Shown: one piece after another, positions 12,620-24,566 of the stretch
Layout of the letters: every line of letters starts with the position of its first letter
Position numbering within the stretch: the first letter of the stretch is position 1
Origin: Sphyrna mokarran
Lineage: Eukaryota
Direction: 5' to 3'
Assembly: GCA_024679065.1 (NCBI GenBank)
Contig: JAGIQG010000029.1
Span: 19,096,001 to 19,160,000 of the forward strand
DNA length: 64,000 nucleotides
Translations under genes and position numbers: made by a program
Notes under the pieces: generated by a model
Told to the model about the DNA's origin: nothing
Database searches by the model: none
The model's input: the letters and a program-made list of their open reading frames with translations, nothing else

Positions 12620-12880
12620 AGGTGCATGAGAACACAACCATCTGCAAGTCCTCTCCAAGCCACACACCATCCTCATTTGAAACTATGCCACCACTCCTTC
12701 ATGGTCATGGGATAAAAAATCTTGGAATTCTCAACCGAACAGCACTATAGGTGTACTTGCACACAGATGGACCACAGAGATTCAAGAGGTGATCCACCAC
12801 CACCTTCTCAAGGGCAATTAGGAATGGGCGTAAATGCTGGCCTTGCCAACAATGCCCCACATCCTAAGATTAAAAACAGA
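12620..12880 (+). mobile_element. 3' end of the same LINE family as 11600-12350
   Basis: CCAAGCCACACACCATCC...CACCACCACCTTCTCAAGGGCAATTAGGAATGGGCGTAAATGCTGGCC; also at 39280-40020 and 22900-22990. Confidence 0.8.
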
Positions 12881-12916
12881 AAAAGTGCAGAATATGGTTT
12901 TTTTTTTAAAGTTCAC

Positions 12917-13051
12917 GGCTGGAATTTTCCAGCCGTTCATGCCAGTGGGATTTTCCCATCCTGCTGCAGTGAACGGAGATTTGGCTGAGCGCCAAATTCT
13001 CCATCCTCCTTGCAGCGGCAGCAGGGCGTGAATGGCTGAAGAATTCCAGCC
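12917..13051. mobile_element. 135-bp MITE family A, best-preserved copy
   Basis: 23-bp TIRs (20/23 match) GGCTGGAATTTTCCAGCCGTTCA; flanked by CAC on both sides. Confidence 0.85.
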
Positions 13052-14239
13052 CACATTAGATTCAGTTTACACGAGAGAACATCTTTGCTAATGAATAGCA
13101 AGGACTTTACTTTCAGAAGTTTGCCAGGTACTTTTCTAATAATTAATCTCTTGAAATATATTTAGACACTATCCAAATTACCTTCTTTAGCAACAGTACT
13201 GTATTTGATTATACTCTGAAAGAAACATACTAACCCACATGCCATCAAAGGTACCATCCCTTCCTTTGGCAGCAGGTTACTTCCAATTACTAACAGTGCA
13301 ATGTGGTAATAAATAGGTCAGGTCCATCATTTGGTATTGGCATTCAGCTCTTGTTCCACAACATGGTTTTTGTCATCGCTAAGGTTTGATGACACTGGTG
13401 TCAACTGTTTAATTTGTAGCGTTGTCTGCAATCGTATCCCTGACATCTTATGTTTCTTCAGAAGAAACTCTTCAAAATGCAGGTAATGAAAATACAACAA
13501 AACTTACTCCAACTTATAAATGAAAGAAGGGATTTAATAAAGAAACATCATTACTCCAAACTTGGGCTTTGGCCTGGGCCAATCCAAGCTCTACACAATT
13601 CCACATAGTTTCTTATTTGTAAAGAATCAGCTGGTCAGCTGACTATTATATCACTCTAATTGGTTCCATGGTTTATTTGGTCAGCAAACCTTTATAGCTT
13701 GTTCCCATTGGTTACATTACATACAATACAAAGTTGTCACTGGTTACATTCGAGCATCTTAGGCAGCTCTATGAAGTCACTGGAGTATAAATATTTTGCA
13801 GGGCAGCCTGACAACATTACCTGACAATGTCCCCTGAAGACTAGTAAAATCACAAATCTGAACTAACTACTCCTTGCAAGAGACTTGCACAATTGCTTAA
13901 ATATGACTGCTCGTGGCTTGGTCATATATTGTGTGTACATCTCTCATGTACTGTTATCCACCGTTAGGGAATCTGACATGCAGTGTATAAGAGAGTAGAT
14001 TTGAGAAACTGTAATTAAATTAGTTGTTAACCTATTCTATTTGTATACAAAGGATAGGGAGACCATGTGATTTTCATTGAACTTGGCTAAATTATTGCTG
14101 CTACATTGTTTCACTCAGCAAAGAAGGGTAGTAATTATAAAGCAGCATTGTAAAGCTTGTACTACAACAGAAAAATATGCCTCCCCAAGTGATCAACACG
14201 GCTGATTATATTAGAGCTTTCAGAGCAATCAAATCCATT

Positions 14240-14655
14240 ATAGAATCCTTATGTTGTAGGATGTCACTTGGTTCATTCAGCTTGCACTGACAATAATCCC
14301 TATCCAAGCTGTATCCCTATAATCCCATGCATTTGTCCTGCCTATTCCCCGAAACGAAGGGGCAAATTTTCCCATTCTGCCCACAATGGGAATTATAGCG
14401 GTCAAGGACCATGGAAAGGTCTGGCAACTTCAGGTGGGATTTTCTGGTTTTGAGGTGAACATGATGGGAAAATCCTGTTCTAAGGATTAATTTAGCATGG
14501 CCAATCCATCTATCCTACACAGCTTTGGACTATGGAGGGGAAACCAGAGAACCCAGAGAAAACTCTTGCTGACACAGGGAGGACAATTCGGGAATCGAAC
14601 CCAGGTCCCTGGCGCTGTGAGGCTGCAGTGCTAACCACCATGTCACTGTGCTGCT
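14240..14655 (-). mobile_element. HE1-type V-SINE interrupted by a MITE
   Basis: HE1 tail 14240-14358 and head/V-domain 14481-14655. Confidence 0.8.
14359..14480. mobile_element. ~125-bp MITE family B
   Basis: GGGGCAAATTTTCCC...GGGAAAATCCTGTTC inserted at the TAA of the SINE motif CACTAAGGG (flanks GAA / TAA). Confidence 0.75.
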
Positions 14656-15794
14656 CACTGCGACTGTTTCACTTTGACGTCTTATATTCTAACATGTTAC
14701 ATCAAAAGACCTAGAAAGAGACAGACACAATACTTTTAGTAAAAAGAACATTAGCTGAATATCAGCACCTGTTTGGCTTTGTAGAGAATTGGAAAGTATT
14801 GGAAACTTTGAATGGTACAGATTTGTTGCATATAATCTTGGCAAAACATAAACTAGAGGTCAGGACAGACCTGCAGCTTTTGTTCTGATTGGTAAATTTC
14901 TCCCACTAACTGGAATCTTTCATTTTCAAACTGATACAATTAGAAGATCTTAGACACAGTTTCTTTTAGACATTTTAAATTTTCTCTAAGTTTTTAGATG
15001 TTTTTGAATAAATTCATCAAATTTTTGTCACATTTTCATAAGTTAAATACTGCCATGAATAAGAAAAGTTTAGTGGTGTCTGGCATTGTAAAGCAATCTT
15101 TTAGTCGAAAAGTGTCCAACTTTTTCAATATTAAACTCCAAATCTGTTCTTGCACTAACATTCATATTCTGAAATTTATAATAATGTATTTCTGAACTTT
15201 GCAATTATCCTAATTTCATCCATCCAGGGAAATTAGATTTGAGGGCATTACCTCAAGTGACATCTCTTCCATTCTCTACTCCTCGCGCCCTCTTTAAGAT
15301 AGGCATACACAGCAACAATTTAGGTCACTAACTTCATTGTTGCACTGCTGTTGTGAGACACAAATAATTTTAGACAGATTTCCACATAATAACTGATAAG
15401 TGATGGGATGAGAGTACTGATAGGTCAATCTGGCTGACAACTTATTTTGATCGAATCCATTGCAATTATTCTCAATGCTATCAAAGTTCCACACTGTGGA
15501 AAAATGTTATAAAACGTTAAAATACTGGGAAATTAAATATTGCAATGGATAAGTATATTCTCTTTCAACTCAGGGGCTGTGTTTAGTCCAACCAGAATGA
15601 ACAGAATTAAGAAGTCTTATCTCTTCCCATCAACTATACTGAACAAATTTAATTCAGTCAATTTTATCTCTACTTACAACAGGCCCATGTCCCCATTACA
15701 AAACTGCAGACTCACTTTTAATTACACTACATTGGTTGACTCACAAAGATAACATAGAGAAGGAACACTTACATAACTCATTTCATGATGTCAG

Positions 15795-16117
15795 GATAGA
15801 GAATCATAGAAACCCTACAATGCAGAAGAGGCCATTCGGCCCATCGAACCTGCACTGGCAACAGTCCCACCTAGGTCCTATCCCTATAAACGTCTATGTT
15901 TATCTCAATAATCACCCTGACACTAAGGGGCAATTTAGCATTGTTAACCAACCTAACCTGCACATTTTTGGACTGTGAGAGAAAACTGGAGTGCCCAGAG
16001 GAAACTCTGCAGATATGGGGAGAATATGCAGGCTCCATGCAGATAGTGACTCAAGCTGGGAATCGAACCCAGATCTCTGGCGCTGTCAGGCAGCAGTGCT
16101 AACCACTGTGCCACCCA
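15795..16117 (-). mobile_element. HE1-type V-SINE, near full length
   Basis: Head GTGGCACAGTGGTTAGCACTGCTGCC, B box GGTTCGATTCC, tail on minus strand. Confidence 0.9.
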
Positions 16118-17404
16118 CATTTTCCAAAGTGCTAACCTAGTGCTTTTGAAATGTTGCTGCTGCTGTAGGAAAATGCGGCAAACAATTTTTTGCAAGTGGG
16201 CCCGACAAACAGTAATGAATGAAGTGACCAGATTAGTCAGATAGATGGTCTGATTGGGAAGATAAACATTGTCAATGTGAATCAAAAACTATCCTTCCAA
16301 ACTGGGCAAAATTGTGCTGTTTATATTCTGTTCCATGTCATGGGCTGGATAATATCGGAGGAGGATGGCAAGCCAACCATATCCCCCCTCCCTGCCAGCC
16401 CTCCGACCCCCACAGCCTCCCAGAAGCAACATGCTTGACAATAACCCACTCCACAGCCATATAGTACTGTGAGTTTCGTTAATGTGGGTTGAGTCAGGTT
16501 TTTTGCCTCTCACTGACGTGGAAGACTTGCTCTCTGAAGCTGTTGATCAATCCAATTGGCTAGCAGCTTATCAATCCCATCAATGGCTGCTGTTGGGATT
16601 GCAGAAGGGAGAGAAGATGAAGGCTAATAGATCCCTGGGGCAGGGTCTTGGGCCAGAAGCGTTTGGGTAATTTGGAGAATTTGGAGCAAAAAACAGTGAG
16701 ATGGGGTGGGTTAGGAAGAGTGGGGCTGGGAGGATGATTACAAAAAGGATTGGATTTAAGGGAGGGAATGGGTAGGAAGGGAGAAGACGGATTAACCTAT
16801 GAGGAGGCTGCCCAGCGATCATCAAAGGACAGCCCCCTGAAGAGCAACCACCCTCTTTCTATCCGTTCTTCAAACATTTAAGTTAAAATAATAATTAGGT
16901 TTCCCCCTCCTGTCCTGCTGCCCAGGCTAAATGTTTTACAATGTGGAGAACATATTATCAGTTGGTTGGATAACAAGTCTAATTAACTCTTAATTATTCC
17001 TGTAAATATGGCAGATGGGTTACCAATTTTGGCACGCACCTACCTCACCATGTTATGGGATAAGCGAGAAGGTGGTGAAATGGGCACTTACCCTATTTTA
17101 CATGCTCCCCATTATGGGAAACATGCACGCCATGTGTCTTGCTTGTCCATTTTAGCTGAGCTGTCCATCCCTCAAAGCATTGGATACAAAATTTCCAACT
17201 AGAATCCTCAGGATCTTATGCCATCCGACATCTACATTTACCTTAAATTCTATATCCTTTCCTGAATGCACCGGTCCTCTAAGTCTGGCCTCAATGTGGC
17301 AGATTCTTCAACTGACTCAGTCCTGCTGTCTTCAATGATTACTTTACAAACCTCCACCTCTCCACAGTTTTTGTGCCTTTAAAAATCATTTTAAAGTTAT
17401 AAAG

Positions 17405-17683
17405 TCATTGAGTCATGAAGACTTACAGCATGGAAACAGGCCCTTTTTTTTTAAATAAGGAGGCTAGTCCCAATTGCCCGCATTTGGCACATATATCTCT
17501 GTACCCATCTGACTCATATAACTGTCAAAATGCTTTTTAAAAGACAAAATTGTACCCGCCTCTTTTACTACCTCTGGCAGTTTGTCCCAGACACTCACTA
17601 CCCTCTGTGCGAAAAAGTTGCCCCTCTGGACCCTTTTGTATCTCTCACCTCTCACCTTAAAACTGTGCCTTTTAGTTTTAGAT
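17405..17683 (-). mobile_element. CR1-type LINE 3' fragment
   Basis: ORF 17464-17655 RGERYKRVQRGNFFAQRVVSVWDKLP. Confidence 0.88.
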
Positions 17684-18931
17684 CTAACAAAAAAAATCTA
17701 AATGCCAAACAAGTGAAAAAATGGGAGAGTTTCAAGCTCATTTTTTTTAAAAATGATTTTAAAAATGCAATCTCCTGACACATAGCCAGTAAGATCGAGC
17801 CCAATATCTGTAACCACATTTTCAGGTCAGTATTCTAATTCTCCTGACCTACAGTAATTTCCTTACTTCTATTTGTGAAGCATCTTGGGGCATTTGTTTG
17901 TAAAATAAAATGTAAGTTGCTGCGTTGTTACTGCTGCAAAGTACAGAGCCAGATGTTTGCAGAGAAGGTGGCAGTTGGAAGGCAGGCTCATTTGATTGTC
18001 CTGGGTTCAGCTTTGAAACAGGAATTATTCAGAATTTTCATTGAGGTGGAAGCTCAGGCTCAGAGGGGTCTGTCTGTTGGCCAATTAAGGATGGGGGGTG
18101 GGGTAGGGCACTGGGGAATTTGGCCATGTTCTGGCCCAAATAGTCAGCAATTGCTGTGACTACTGTTTGTCAATGATTTAAAAGGCAAAATCTACCCCTT
18201 CAAATTGGCCAGGACCATTGGAAAACCTGGAAAAGGACAGGGCAATGTTAGTGTTGTTAAAATTTAATCTCTGTGCAATGGATTTTTGTCAAAATCTTTA
18301 CTTTCGAAAATCACGTAGAACTTTGTTAATTCTGCTGATCCTGTTTCCAGCAGGCTGAAGCTGATGAGCTTTACATAGGTTTTAGTGGCATAACTATTAA
18401 CCCATTATACTGTAGGGTCACTTCTAGGGCCTGCACTTGGAACCAAACACTGTTAAATTTGGGTCAGGGTCTAACTGATGCCATTGGATTCCAAAGTTGA
18501 GGATTGGTGAGGCCTCAAATGCTTCTCTATGTGTGCCTGTCAGAATGGCACCTGCTATTAGAGAAGGAATCTGGCTCAATTTTGTGAGATGAGATTGACA
18601 TCAGGCCTGAAATGTTTATACCAGCAGTGGGGGTTGTAATCATGTAACTGCTTTTGGAATATTTCCACATGAATTATTTCTAGTTATCATTATCAGAGAC
18701 ATTAATACTTGCACAATCTGTTGAAATTTTATCAATTGCATCAAGTTGACAGAAGAGAATTCTGTGACTAACATAAAAGACAGGATAAATTCAATGCAAC
18801 ATTCAGTATGAGCTGTGTTACGACTAGCCCCAGGTGAGGTTCCCCAACAGTTGTTGATGCGGGCGAGATCCCTCAATTTGTCACTTTCCAGCTGGGATAC
18901 AAACCTGGATAAGGAGGGATGACTGGCTCTG

Positions 18932-19058
18932 TGGGCTGAATTTTCCCATCCAAACCACCTCAGGAATCGTAGCAATGAGGGTGCAGACCGTGCAAAGATC
19001 TGTTGATCTCCCATGGGATTTTCCATTCTTGGGCAAGTACAGCTGGAAAATCCCACCC
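18932..19058. mobile_element. MITE family B copy
   Basis: GGGCTGAATTTTCC...GGAAAATCCCACCC; internal GGAATCGTAG...AAAGATCTGTTGA shared with 40403 copy. Confidence 0.75.
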
Positions 19059-19434
19059 AATGTCTTTATTCATCTTCATTCAACTGCCCTCTGCTGGTGG
19101 CAATAAATATTTAATCTAACAAGCTTCCCTTTCCCTTGGGTACCTTTTCCAGACCCAATTGCTATGTTTGGAAAGAAACAAATTTAACCAGTCTTTGAGT
19201 TAAAAATAGAGTTTGTTGACTACCAAAAAATTGAGGAGAAAAATTAGAAGAATTGAGTCCAATAGTAAATAAATAAAAGTAAAAAGCTGAAACAGAACAA
19301 TCCTTGACTTATGAGGAATAGATGATGAAGCTTAAGACTTGATTCCGTTATGATCTGATTCCAGTAGGATTTACTTCAGTATGCACGTAACTAGTTTTGA
19401 GATTCTAGTAGAATTGACTTCTGCAAATTATATA

Positions 19435-19772
19435 ATTCCTACAGTGCAGAAGGAGGCCATGGAGATCATTGAGTCTGTACCAACTAACCAACAGAGTACC
19501 TTACACAGGCTCACTTCTTGCCCTATCCCTGTAACTCCATCCACTAATCCTCCTAATCTATTCAATTTGAGATACTAAGAAGAAATTTTGCATGGCTAAT
19601 CCACCTAACCCGCACATCTTTGGACTGTGGGAGAAAACCACCTGGAGGAAACCCACATGGACACAGGAGAACATGCAAACTCCACGTAGACACTGACTTG
19701 AGGCCGGAATTGAACCCAGGTCCCTGGCACGGTGAGGCAGCAGTGCTAACCACTGTGCCACCATGCTGCCCT
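19435..19772 (-). mobile_element. HE1-type V-SINE
   Basis: GGGCAGCATGGTGGCACAGTGGTTAGCACTGCTGCCTCAC head on minus strand. Confidence 0.9.
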
Positions 19773-20104
19773 AGTCTCGTCTGGTCATTCACCTTTTTTT
19801 TTTAATTTCGAAAGATGTTCCTGAACTCCAACCCTCACTGGTTCTATTGTCTGCCCTGGGGCCCCTGAATGCTTTCCAGGTCTTTGCCTTGCTGTAGACT
19901 TTGACTGTATGTTCCCCCACCTCTGTGAATCCAATAGCCCTTGCCTAGCGGCACCAACCCTCACTGGTCCCTGAACCATTCTGTGATCCCTGTGTTCCCA
20001 CAAATCCTGGCTGGTTTCCTCCAGTCCTTTCAGCTTCTCTTGGCTCAAGTGATTAGTTAGCACTAGTTAGCTCTGCTGCCTCACAGTACCAGGGTTCTGG
20101 GTTC

Positions 20105-21400
20105 AAGGTATGCAGGGATAGATAGTATTGAGGAAGCAGAGGAGCTTGGACAGGCTAGGAGAGTGGACAAAGAAGTGGCACATGGAATACAATGTGGAAA
20201 ATGTGAGGTTATGCACTTTGGAAGGAGGAATGGAGGCATAGACTAAATGGGAAAATGCTTTGGAAATCAGAAGCACAAAGGGACTTGGGAGTCCTTTTCA
20301 AGATTCTCTTAAGGTTAATGTGTAGATTCAGTTGGCAATTAGGAAAGCAAATGCAACGCTCGCATTCATGTTGAATACAATGCAGGAATGTACTTCTGAG
20401 GCTGTATAAGGCTCTAGTCAGACCCTATTTAGAGTATTGTGAGCAGCTTTGGGCCGTGTACCTAAGGAAGGATGTGCTGGCTTTGGAAAGGCTAGTGGAT
20501 GTTCACAAGAATGATCCTTGGAATCCCAAGAACTTGTCATATGAGGAATGATTCAGGACTCTGGGTCTGTACTTGTTGGAGTTTAGAAGGATGGGGGAGG
20601 ATCTTATTGAAACTTAGAGGATACTGTGAGGCTTGCTTAGAACGGATATGGAAAGGATGTTTCCACTAGTACGAAAAATTACAATCAGAGGGTGCAACCT
20701 CAGACTAAAAGAACAATCCTTTAAAAGGGAGATGAGGAAGAATTTCTTCAGCGAGAGTAGCGAACTTATGGAAGTCTTTGCCACAGAAGACAGTGGAGGC
20801 TAGGTCATTGAGTGTCTTTAAAACAGAGATAGATAGATTCTTGATTAATAAGGAAAGCAGAGGTTATGGGAAAAAGGCAGGAGAATGGAGGAATGGAGAA
20901 TGGGGAATGGAGGATGAATTAGGACTTTATTCCCTGGAGTGTAGAAGAATGAGAGGAGATTTGATAGAGGTGTATAAGATTTTGATGGGTCTAAATAGAG
21001 TGAATGCAAGCAGGATTTTTCCACTGAGACTAGGGGAGAAGAAAAAAAGAGGGCATGGGTTAAGGGTGAAAGGAGAAAAGGTTAAAAGGAATATTGGGGG
21101 TGGCTTCTTCATGCAGAGAGTGGTGGATGTGTGGAATGAGCTGCCAGATAAAGTGGTAAATGCAGGGTCACTTTTAACATTTAAGAAAAACTTGGATGGA
21201 TTCATGGAAGAGAGGGTGTGGAGGGATATCGTCCGAGTGCAGGTCAGTGGGACTAGGCAAAAAATGGTTCAGCACAGACAAGAAGGGCCAGAAGGCCTGT
21301 TTCTGAGTTGTAATTTTCTATGGTTCTATGGAGAAAAATATCAGCCATGATACTTGATGGGCCAAGTGGCTTAATTCTGCTCCTTTGTCTTATGATCTTA
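20105..21400 (+). mobile_element. CR1 LINE 3' region interrupted by a second CR1 subfamily 3' fragment (20913-21327)
   Basis: Outer copy: W.M.YNV.KCEVMHFG, LVRP.LEYC motifs, tail resumes at ~21334; inner copy: LGLYSLECRRMRGDLIEVYKI...(TTCTATG) tail; ATGGAG on both sides of the inner copy. Confidence 0.88.
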
Positions 21401-21531
21401 TGATTTTCCTCATGGACACATAGACAGACCGGGAGACAAATATTGGGGCAGCTCATTCAGCCTCGCTGTTAACCCCTTATTTGTATATTTCAAATGAAAA
21501 CTGGAATCCATTATCTATCCAGGTAATTGCT

Positions 21532-21715
21532 GTAAGAAGTCTCATAACACCAGGTTAAAGTCCAACAGGTTTATTTGGAATCACGAGCTTTCAGACTGCT
21601 GCTCCTTCATCACTCACCTAATAAAAAGCTCATGATTCCAAATAAATCTGTTGAACTTTAACCTGGTGTTTTGAGACTTCTTACTGTGCCCACTCCAGCT
21701 GGCATCTGCACATCA
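21532..21715 (+). mobile_element. Palindromic Penelope-terminus mini-element with degenerate hammerhead motifs
   Basis: 60-bp arms 21532-21591 / 21625-21684 (56/60) homologous to the Penelope 3' end at 52370-52466. Confidence 0.88.
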
Positions 21716-21864
21716 CAAGTGACAACTGGAAGATCTTTAAGATGGGCTGTCAATTATATTCTATTTTTATTGGAGATGGTAATCAATCTTTGGATGCTTT
21801 TGGAAAAATCTTGTCTAGAATCAGGGAGAGGTTCCATTGTCCTTTAGAGAAACACTCTGCAGCG

Positions 21865-21914
21865 ATCTTGTCAGTGGCTGACTCCATCTTGTCAGTGGCT
21901 AACTCAACCATCTT
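21865..21914. repeat. Short tandem duplication (21-bp unit)
   Basis: ATCTTGTCAGTGGCTGACTCC ATCTTGTCAGTGGCTAACTC. Confidence 0.85.
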
Positions 21915-22471
21915 CAGGGTATAAAACTCAGAACTTTTTAAAGTCCAATATTTCAGTGTATAATTTCATGGTTCTTTTTCTCCATCATCCTGACAACTGC
22001 CAAACTGGAGAGAAATTCAATTCTGTGACTGAAATCACCCCAGGCAATGAAAAACAAAATAGGATACTGAACATTTACTTTTTTCATTACTTTGACACTC
22101 ACACTCCAATTTTATTACAGCTAACAATCTCTGTCACTTACTGCATTTCGAACCATGTCCTCACATTTTCAGTTCTATCTTTAGATACACTTTGATTTAC
22201 TGAATCTATTACAGTTGTATGCAGGATAAAGCAGGACTAATGCTGCTAAATTTACCCATAGTAAAGATTTTACACTACCCTTTTGACTTTTTGCACTCCC
22301 TCCCAGTCCTGCAACCTCTTACCGCCTAGACAGCCAAGAACAGAAGATGTATGGGAGTTATATCTCTTAAGTTGCTACAACACACCTGATTTGGATTTGC
22401 CTGGTAGGTCAAAATACTGGAATTCTTAATGGCAAAACAGGAACAGATTCACCACAGTGAATCAAAGGAAT

Positions 22472-22760
22472 TGGGTGGCACTGCTGCCTCACAGCATCAG
22501 GGACCTGGGTTCAATTCTGACTTTGGGTGACCATTTGTATTGAGTTTGCACGTTCTCCCCCTGTCTGTGTGAGTTTCTTCCATGTGCTCCAGTTTCTTCC
22601 CATAGTCCAAAGATGTGCAGGTTAGGTTGATTGGCCATCTAAATTGCATCTTAGTGTCAGCAGGACTCGCATGGCAAATACATGGGGATAGGGTGGGATT
22701 GTGGTTTGTGCAGACTTTTTGGACCAAATGGTCTGTTTCTGCATTTTAGGGATTTTATAA
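22472..22760 (+). mobile_element. HE1-type V-SINE
   Basis: GCACTGCTGCCTCACAGC, GGTTCAATTC, V-domain, tail. Confidence 0.85.
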
Positions 22761-23090
22761 TATGGAGAGTAGACAGGAAATTAGGCTTGAAGCAGATCAG
22801 CCATGATTGTATTGGATGGTGGAGCAGGCTTAAGGGGCTATATATTCTATTCCTGCGCCTATTTCTGATGTCCTTATGGTTTTTATATTCTTACTTCTAT
22901 GATTGCAGAAGGCTGTTTACCACCACCTTCTCAAGAGCAATTAGGAATGGGAATAAATGCTGACTTCAGTGATGCCCACATTCTTGTGAAGAACCCTTAT
23001 GTCATTCAGAAACCTAATGGTGCTAGTTTTGCTTCAGAGACAGATTCTTTCTTCAGCTAATCACCGTTACATTAAATGGGCCTTGGAATG

Positions 23091-23329
23091 TGTATTATTA
23101 ATGCAAGCACTAATGCCGGATCCAAGGCTTTAAATCTCTTAGTACTGAAATATCCCCTCAAGAATTACTCCACAGCCAGGCATCGAGGAACACAGATCTT
23201 TATTCCGTCTATTTGCACTACACTCCAAATATTGACTGTCCACTCAGGGTGGCTTTCAAACAGCTCATCCCACACCCCAGATCACATGACCAATTCCCTT
23301 AAAGAGGCTATTGCTCAACATACATAACA
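23091..23329 (-). mobile_element. Probable solo LTR
   Basis: TGT...ACA termini, minus-strand AATAAA, CTCTTTAAGGG and GTCATGTGATC motifs resembling the 1738 and 7910 LTRs; no clear TSD. Confidence 0.5.
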
Positions 23330-23779
23330 AAAAAGAATTCCATTCTTACATTTTAAAATCCACACATCATGATGCTTATACAAGCATCAACTTCCCACAG
23401 TGAGAAGGATATGTGGACCCTGCTCCCACAAAAAAGAATTGGGCTAAATTGTAATGTTCCTATTTACAGATGCTTCCAATCTTATTCAATAATAAACTGT
23501 TGTTTAACTTCCCCAATAAGGACATAAATCTGATTTGGAATAGCAAAAATCCAGAAAAGAAAGGTCATCAATTTCTGATTTGGAAATCTGTTACTGGGGT
23601 AAGGGCTGTAAAATACTGGGAAAGATGTGAGGATGGTTGAATATTTAGCTTGATTGTCTTTTGAGGATTAGGGAATAATTAAGCAGAAGTTTCAACTTGG
23701 AAAGGAAGTAAATGGATAGAGATGAATGATCTTGTAGATTTACACATAAGCTGCGAAAGAAGCAGGCTTATGCCATGTC

Positions 23780-24003
23780 AGCACTGAAGACGTCAGACAG
23801 ACCTTCTTGAAAGTTAACTCATGGAAAGCGACTGGCCTGGATGAGGTACCCGGATGAGCACTCAGACCGGCTGGTGAAGGCATTCACTGTAATCTTTAAC
23901 CTCTCCTTACTCTGATCTGAGGTCTCTACCTGCTTCATGAAGACGACCATCATCCCTGTATCAAAGAAAAGCCGGGCAACATACCTTAATGATTACTGCC
24001 CAG
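23780..24003 (+). mobile_element. Rex1/Babar-type LINE internal fragment (pre-RT)
   Basis: FLKVNSWKATGLDEVPG and CFMKTTIIPVSKKSRATYLNDYCP (cf. KAAGPDG...KT.TIIPVPKK...LNDYRP). Confidence 0.8.
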
Positions 24004-24154
24004 AGTTACTGCGTAGATATACTGGAATAATCTGGCAACCTCTAATGGATAGGACTAGGAGATTGGAAAGCGTGCAGTCCCTCATTCTAAATGCTATTTT
24101 TACACTTTACTCTGGTGGTGGTGCTGAAATTCAAAGTTAAACGGATAACACAAC

Positions 24155-24465
24155 AGGTGGCACAGTAGCACAGTGGTTACGACTGCTGGTTCATGGCTCC
24201 AAGGACCTGGGTTCAATTCCTGGTTGGGTCACTGTCTGAGTGGAGTTTGCACAATTTCCTCGTGTCTGCATGGGTTTGCTCTGGTTTCCTCCCACAGTTC
24301 AAAGATGTGCATGTTAGGCTGATTGCCCCTTAGTGTCCTGAGATGCATAGATTAGAAGAACTAGTGGGTAAAATATGTAGGAATATGGAGTAGGACCTGG
24401 GTGGGATTGTGGTCAGTGCAGACTCGATGAGTCTCTTTTTGCACTACGGGGTTTTATCATTTCTG
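24155..24465 (+). mobile_element. HE1-type V-SINE
   Basis: A/B boxes, V-domain, degenerate tail. Confidence 0.85.
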
Positions 24466-24566
24466 TAACAAATACAAAAATGTTTACTTTGGTTGGTCAC
24501 TATTCTTTTCTCGTCCAGTAGGAAGACTACAGGTAGATTAGAGTCAATAGTTTTGCTAGAAACTTA

